Shown: piece by piece, positions 58,731 through 64,000 of the stretch
Layout of the letters: each line of letters begins with the position of its first letter
Numbering within the stretch: the stretch's first letter is position 1
Virus record (IMG/VR): IMGVR_UViG_3300046167_000801
DNA length: 64,000 nucleotides
Source: a virus
Taxonomy: Duplodnaviria; Caudoviricetes
Reading direction: 5' to 3' (one strand)
The notes under the pieces: generated by a model
Told to the model about the DNA's origin: nothing
Databases searched by the model: none
The model's input: the letters and a program-made list of their open reading frames with translations, nothing else
Translations under genes and position numbers: made by a program

Positions 58731-61700
58731 ATGCCAAGTAACTTAGATTTCGATTCTACAAGTCAATTTAGGGATAGTATATTAAATAGGACGTTACAAC
58801 AACCCAACGGTCCTCAGACATTTACTAGTTCCGCATACTCTGTAGAGTCTCTTAGTGACCATTCAAATATTAGTCAGGGAGATGTAGACGATAATCTAAA
58901 TACTTACTTATCAGTACCTCAAAACTCAAACACATTTACTACAGAAAATTTTAGTACTGTTGATACTTTAAGAAATTTAACAAGGATTGATGATTTGGGG
59001 TTATATCCCGAATATTTTGTACAAGGGAGTTATAGTAATTTAATTAGTATTATGACGACCGACAACTACGATAATGAATCGAGGTTGATGAAGTTTGCTG
59101 CAAGACATATTAGGGAAAACAAACAAGGACCTGTTTTAGCGAGAATAACACAAAATTTAGTTGCCGCCACTTATGGTAGAGTAAGACTAATAGATGCGTT
59201 GGAAGGTAATTTGGCAACAGCGGTTAATATTGTTACAGGTAAAGAAGGTTTAATAGAGAAGAATTTTAAAGTAACGGTTGCCAAAACCATAGCGGGTAAG
59301 GCGATTGATTTCTTACAAACAGTTGCGGGTGTGGAATTTCCATGGAGTGAAATACCTGGTGATTATTTGACAAACCCAAGAAGACCAACGGTTAATAGAC
59401 CTGAGGCACAAACAGGATTGGGTGCAATTATACAAGATGTGACGGGGGCGTTAGGTTCTCTAATAGGAATTCAAAGAAGACCTAAACTGTCAAGAAAACC
59501 ATCTGATTTAATGATTGAATATTTAGGTTCAGGTCAGAAGGATATTTTATTCGACAACCTAAGTTATTCAACATATGCACCAAACTACACAAAAACAGCA
59601 AGATCACAACAATCATCTAAATTATTTACTTTCATTGATAAAGTGGGTGATGCAATTAATGACGTTTTAGGTATGGGAGCACCAAGAGGTGTGGCATACA
59701 TAGGTGATGATAGAGGTGAAGATGTAAAATACGCGATGGGGGATTTTAATGATAACATCGTTAGAAGTAGTTATTACCTAAGTTTAATGTTTGATCCCGT
59801 ACAAACCGCGTTATTTGAGAGACAACGTTCTGTGGTTGAAGGAGGACAAATAGGTGGTAGATTAACATGGTACAGTAGTAAATCAAAAAATAAGTTAGGA
59901 GAAAGTAACCTTGAATACCAAGTTGAGAGATCTCAATTAGAGGAAAGTCTTTCCACTAAATACGGGTTTAGAAGTGACTCCATTTTAGGTAAAACTCAAG
60001 AACTACTTGAAACTATGCCATCAGACGGTGGTGCTGCGAGGTCACATGTGGCGAACGCAATCGACCAAACAAGTAGAATATTTAGAGAAGGTAATGTAAT
60101 GATGTCGAGAGGATCGGCAGTAAAGTACGTGGATAAGTTTGGAGAAGAGTCAGGCGTTGAATACTGTAGGGTATGGACAAAAGACGACCCATACATGAAT
60201 ATGTCCGACACAATGAAACGTACAGGTAACATAAGAAAGTTTGACTCTAGTGTGATGTCAAAACCATGGAATTTAAACATGGCACCAATGTCTAATGGAG
60301 AAGGTTCTTTTGAGGGATCAACGAATATTGTTGAATCTACCTTTGGTGATGGTTACATGGCAAAAAAATATATGTTCTCACTTGAGAACTTAGCGTGGAA
60401 AACATCTACACTACCAGGTTTTACATACACGGACTTACCGTTTTGTGAAAGAGGACCTAATGGAGGTAGAGTGATGTGGTTCCCACCATACGATATTAAA
60501 GTATCGGAACAAAATAATGCGAGATGGGAAAGTAATGTCTTTTTAGGTAGACCTGAACCGATATATACATATCAATCTACTGAAAGGTCGGGACAAATAT
60601 CATTTAAAGTAGTTGTCGATCACCCAAGTATATTGAACCTTTTAGTAACTAAAGTTTTTAAAGGAATGTCAGATGAAGAATCTGACAATTATATAAACGC
60701 GTTTTTTGCGGGATGTGAGGAATTAGATTTTTATGAGTTAATAAGAACTTACACAACTTTAACTAAGGAAGATATAGGTAGTATTCAAAAATATTTAGAA
60801 GCGGATAATCCTGATAAAGAATCAATCACCAAATATAAAGTAGAGGTGGATGATAGTGAATATGAAACACCCGATTTAAGTCCTATTGAACAAGCACCTG
60901 AGAAAACCTTAATTAACTTATATTTTAGGAACGACTTTCCAAAGATAGGTTCAAGTGCGGTAACAAGTCCCAACACATATACCGACGAATATACTACTTA
61001 TGTTGGAAATAGAGGTTCAGCAACAGGAACACCGGCTGACGGGACTTATATGAAAGACTTAGTAAACGGATTGGATATGGTCTTTACTGCACCACTTACC
61101 GTTAACAAAAAGAATGACATAGAAAATATGTTTGGTAAATCCGAGGGGATAACGGGTAGTACTTCTGATTATGCACTTGTTAGGGATAAAATAGATAAGG
61201 GTTTCAATAGACTTGTTGATAATAAGACGACATATGACAGCAAACTAACCTCTATTAAATCAAGGATTGAAGGTGGAGAACTTAAAGATGTTTTAATTAA
61301 AATATTTACTAGTACATCATCTGTTGCCGATAACAATTATAACGTAAAATTATCGGCGAGGAGAGCCCATAGTGTCTTTATAGATGTTATGAAGAAGATA
61401 CAGAAAAACAGTAAAGATTATGGAGAAGACTTTTCAAAGGTTGTTCCATCATCGGGAGTACCCTCAGTATCTCAAACACTTGGTTATACTTTTGAAGAGT
61501 TAGGATATGAAGGTATAGAAGGTGGTTTACGTATAGGTTATAGTGCAAATGGAGAAACAGTTAGTAAAGAAGAAAACTTGTTTGGTGGGGGTAGTGTTCC
61601 TGTAAATTGTCACAAAGATGAAATACGATCTAATAGTGCACTAAAAAGAACCGCACCTGTTACGTTTTACTGTAGACACGCAACCGTGGAAATGGTTGAG

Positions 61701-63464
61701 ACACCAATAGATAAATTACCTGACCTTCCTGACGATCCAAAAGTTAAACTAACACCCGACGGAACAATAGAACCACCTAAGGTAAAGAAACCACCTATTA
61801 ATGAAATGAAAAAAATTATCATGAAGACGTTGTCCGAGTGTTATTATTTCAAGGCATTAGAGGAGGATTCACCTGTTACATTTAAAAGTTTAACAGAAAA
61901 ACTAAAATACTTCCATCCCGCGTTTCACTCAACAACACCTGAAGGTTTGAATGCAAGGTTAACATTCCTTTTGCAATGTGTTAGACCTGGTGATACAATA
62001 CCACTTAAGGGTATTGCGGATAATAATGATATAAATGCGAGAAATACAAGTTTCGGTCCACCACCTATATGTGTGGTTAGAATTGGTGATTTTTATCATT
62101 CTAAGATTGCAATTAGAGATGTCAACATAAATTACGACGAAGGTGTATGGGATTTAAATCCTGAAGGTATTGGTGTACAACCAATGATTGCTAATGTGAC
62201 CCTACAGGTAAACTTTATTGGTGGACAAGGATTAGATAAACCAGTCGAAAGATTACAAAACGCACTATCATCTAATTTCTTTGCAAATACAGAAATGTAT
62301 GATCCAAGATCTATAGGTACAAGTAATATTGATGGAAAAGACCCTGAAGAATTTACAAAAGAGTTTTTAGAACAACTACAATCGGCGGGGTCCAATTCTC
62401 AAACACCTGATGGAGAACCATTAGAAGAAAATGAAATTAAACAAGGTGTTTATATTGGAGGATCGGGAGAGACACTTTCATATGGTGAGATCGTTAGTGG
62501 ATTAAATACAGATATAGAATCATATTTTAACACCTATAAGGAATCGTATAATACAATACTAAAACAATATGGACCACATATACATTCATTAGTGTTTTCA
62601 CCCGATTACAGAAAGATAAATAAGTACGATGTTAATACGTCAACCACTTCAACAAGGGAAATAACTATGTTTGGTGAGTTTGATAAAATAAGAACCTTAG
62701 ATCTTTTCTTAATAGAACTTAAAACAAAATTAGTAACGGCTATCGAATTAGAAGATGTTTCTACAATGTTTAAATTTCATAGATTTTTAAATAATCCTAA
62801 AATGGAGAGATCTAATGAGTTATTAAAACCAGCATTGAGGAAAATAGTTGAGGATAAGTTAGATTCTTTATTAGAAAACGAAGCAATTAAAAGTATAAAG
62901 GCGGCAAGAAATTTAGTTATAATTAATTTAGATAAAGTTAATTACTTAACAAAATATGTGAGTGATGGTATGATTGTAGAAGGTAATGCTACACAGGCAA
63001 ATCTTTCAGGTTTTACTTATGAATCGGTTTATTCTGAAATTGATCACATGATGGATTATTTTGACAAAAACTATGATAAGTTTGAGAAAAAATTAGACAC
63101 AACTTATAATTTTAACAGTCTTTCGGTAGATGTGGATACACTAAGTGAAATATTATCCTTATTATTAGGGGGGACACCTGAATCTATAGAAGATATAAAA
63201 AAGGTATATGAGGTGGATACAACATTATTCCCACCCAATATAAAAAATAAAATTGATAGAAAGGTCGATAAGTTTTTTGACGAAACAAAGGAGGAAAGAA
63301 TAAGACTTTCTAAGTGGAAACCAAAGAAAAACAGTTCTGATCTTAACTTTAATGTGATAGACACGGTACCAATTACTGATTCATCACAACAAGATACATT
63401 AACAAAAGTCCATTCAACTATAGGTGAACTTGGGTCTAAATTAAATCACTTTAAAAATGAGTAG
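58731..63464 (+). CDS. Large baseplate/tube-initiator-like protein with an internal OmpA-C-like domain
   Basis: FPPYD...W....LGRPEPIYTY..T.RSG and PPIC..RIGD segments are tube-initiator-like; SSVADNNYNVKLSARRAHSV is OmpA-like. Confidence 0.6.
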   Translation: MPSNLDFDSTSQFRDSILNRTLQQPNGPQTFTSSAYSVESLSDHSNISQGDVDDNLNTYLSVPQNSNTFTTENFSTVDTLRNLTRIDDLGLYPEYFVQGSYSNLISIMTTDNYDNESRLMKFAARHIRENKQGPVLARITQNLVAATYGRVRLIDALEGNLATAVNIVTGKEGLIEKNFKVTVAKTIAGKAIDFLQTVAGVEFPWSEIPGDYLTNPRRPTVNRPEAQTGLGAIIQDVTGALGSLIGIQRRPKLSRKPSDLMIEYLGSGQKDILFDNLSYSTYAPNYTKTARSQQSSKLFTFIDKVGDAINDVLGMGAPRGVAYIGDDRGEDVKYAMGDFNDNIVRSSYYLSLMFDPVQTALFERQRSVVEGGQIGGRLTWYSSKSKNKLGESNLEYQVERSQLEESLSTKYGFRSDSILGKTQELLETMPSDGGAARSHVANAIDQTSRIFREGNVMMSRGSAVKYVDKFGEESGVEYCRVWTKDDPYMNMSDTMKRTGNIRKFDSSVMSKPWNLNMAPMSNGEGSFEGSTNIVESTFGDGYMAKKYMFSLENLAWKTSTLPGFTYTDLPFCERGPNGGRVMWFPPYDIKVSEQNNARWESNVFLGRPEPIYTYQSTERSGQISFKVVVDHPSILNLLVTKVFKGMSDEESDNYINAFFAGCEELDFYELIRTYTTLTKEDIGSIQKYLEADNPDKESITKYKVEVDDSEYETPDLSPIEQAPEKTLINLYFRNDFPKIGSSAVTSPNTYTDEYTTYVGNRGSATGTPADGTYMKDLVNGLDMVFTAPLTVNKKNDIENMFGKSEGITGSTSDYALVRDKIDKGFNRLVDNKTTYDSKLTSIKSRIEGGELKDVLIKIFTSTSSVADNNYNVKLSARRAHSVFIDVMKKIQKNSKDYGEDFSKVVPSSGVPSVSQTLGYTFEELGYEGIEGGLRIGYSANGETVSKEENLFGGGSVPVNCHKDEIRSNSALKRTAPVTFYCRHATVEMVETPIDKLPDLPDDPKVKLTPDGTIEPPKVKKPPINEMKKIIMKTLSECYYFKALEEDSPVTFKSLTEKLKYFHPAFHSTTPEGLNARLTFLLQCVRPGDTIPLKGIADNNDINARNTSFGPPPICVVRIGDFYHSKIAIRDVNINYDEGVWDLNPEGIGVQPMIANVTLQVNFIGGQGLDKPVERLQNALSSNFFANTEMYDPRSIGTSNIDGKDPEEFTKEFLEQLQSAGSNSQTPDGEPLEENEIKQGVYIGGSGETLSYGEIVSGLNTDIESYFNTYKESYNTILKQYGPHIHSLVFSPDYRKINKYDVNTSTTSTREITMFGEFDKIRTLDLFLIELKTKLVTAIELEDVSTMFKFHRFLNNPKMERSNELLKPALRKIVEDKLDSLLENEAIKSIKAARNLVIINLDKVNYLTKYVSDGMIVEGNATQANLSGFTYESVYSEIDHMMDYFDKNYDKFEKKLDTTYNFNSLSVDVDTLSEILSLLLGGTPESIEDIKKVYEVDTTLFPPNIKNKIDRKVDKFFDETKEERIRLSKWKPKKNSSDLNFNVIDTVPITDSSQQDTLTKVHSTIGELGSKLNHFKNE

Positions 63465-63784
63465 AAAATATTTCAATAGGTATGAGTTTTTTGAGGAAGA
63501 GGGAGATTTTAAAATAGTCCCTGGTATTGAGATACCAATTAGGTCTACAGACAAGTATGTACAATATAAGAAAGGGGAAAGATAGGTTTGATAAAATTTC
63601 TCAAGAATATTATAATACCCCCGTATTTGGTTGGTTAATATTACAGGCAAATCCATTAGCAGGAAGTATTGAATTTGAAGTACCAAATAATTTCACGTTA
63701 AGAATACCTTTCCCACTGGTTAGTGCTTTACAAGAATATAAAAAATCGGTAGAGTTGTACAACTTATATTATGGCGAAGAATGA
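63457..63784 (+). CDS. LysM/gp53-like baseplate protein, broken by a +1 shift at GGGG 63574-63577
   Basis: ATG 63457 frame reads MSRKYFNRY...VQYKKG and then stops. The +1 frame continues KDRFDKISQEYYNTPVFGWLILQANP...LRIP. Confidence 0.65.
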
Positions 63785-64000
63785 TACCACAAATAGTGAA
63801 AACATATTAGTTAAGGTTAATCAAAACAATCTTGTTTATATTGACCCTAATAGTGTTGTGTCTAATGGTATTATAGAACCGAGATCCACAAATCATGAAA
63901 ATTTAGTTTATTATATAAATTTAGAGGCGGACTTAGTTCCGAGAACTACACTTAACTCCAACAATGGGGGTGGTGGTCAACTAACCTCTGTAGCAAAAGG
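63771..64000 (+). CDS. 5' part of a probable baseplate protein (truncated by the window end)
   Basis: Open from ATG 63771 (MAKNDTTNSENILVKVNQNNLVYIDPNS...) to the edge. Confidence 0.6.
   Translation, partial: MAKNDTTNSENILVKVNQNNLVYIDPNSVVSNGIIEPRSTNHENLVYYINLEADLVPRTTLNSNNGGGGQLTSVAK

Noticed and set aside
63527-63573. ORF-track start MRYQLGLQ for the last baseplate gene
   Set aside because: The real N-terminus is in another frame, from ATG 63457; the listed start is an artefact of the frame break.
1-64000. Stop-codon reassignment as in some large phages
   Set aside because: Core genes are full length in the standard code, TAG and TGA act as real stops, and readthrough would not repair the breaks, which are frame changes.

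Overview
A 64-kb, AT-rich slice of a large T4-like, contractile-tailed dsDNA phage read in the standard genetic code. The host is very probably Bacteroidota/Flavobacteriia. Support: a Flavobacterium-type bS21, TAnnTTTG host promoters, a DUF4494-like gene and no Shine-Dalgarno leaders. The window holds the head module (terminase, portal, prohead protease, scaffold, major capsid), with ribosomal protein bS21 inserted antisense inside it. It also holds a gp55-like late sigma factor, three glycosyltransferases, nucleotide-metabolism genes (dCMP deaminase, dUTPase, PhoH, two apparently dead nucleotide hydrolases), a family B DNA polymerase, an SNF2 helicase, and neck, tail and baseplate genes. A 10-kb cassette encodes mucin-like Pro/Thr-rich fibre proteins, one carrying a trypsin-like protease. 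Most interesting signals: (1) a TATTTAT[A/T/C] late-promoter motif that often lies only 3-5 nt before the ATG, implying near-leaderless late mRNAs in a phage with its own bS21; (2) a likely programmed +1/-2 frameshift (TTT TTT CGT) in the tail-chaperone gene between tube and tape measure; (3) a possibly glycosylated, protease-armed virion fibre system; (4) a shared terminal helix and [LIV]xE sites marking possible capsid cargo, including a WYL-only protein; (5) a toxin-like orphan gene. Three further +1 breaks at G/C homopolymers (fibre, polymerase, baseplate gene) are most simply sequencing errors. All family calls come from motif recognition by eye; no database searches were run.
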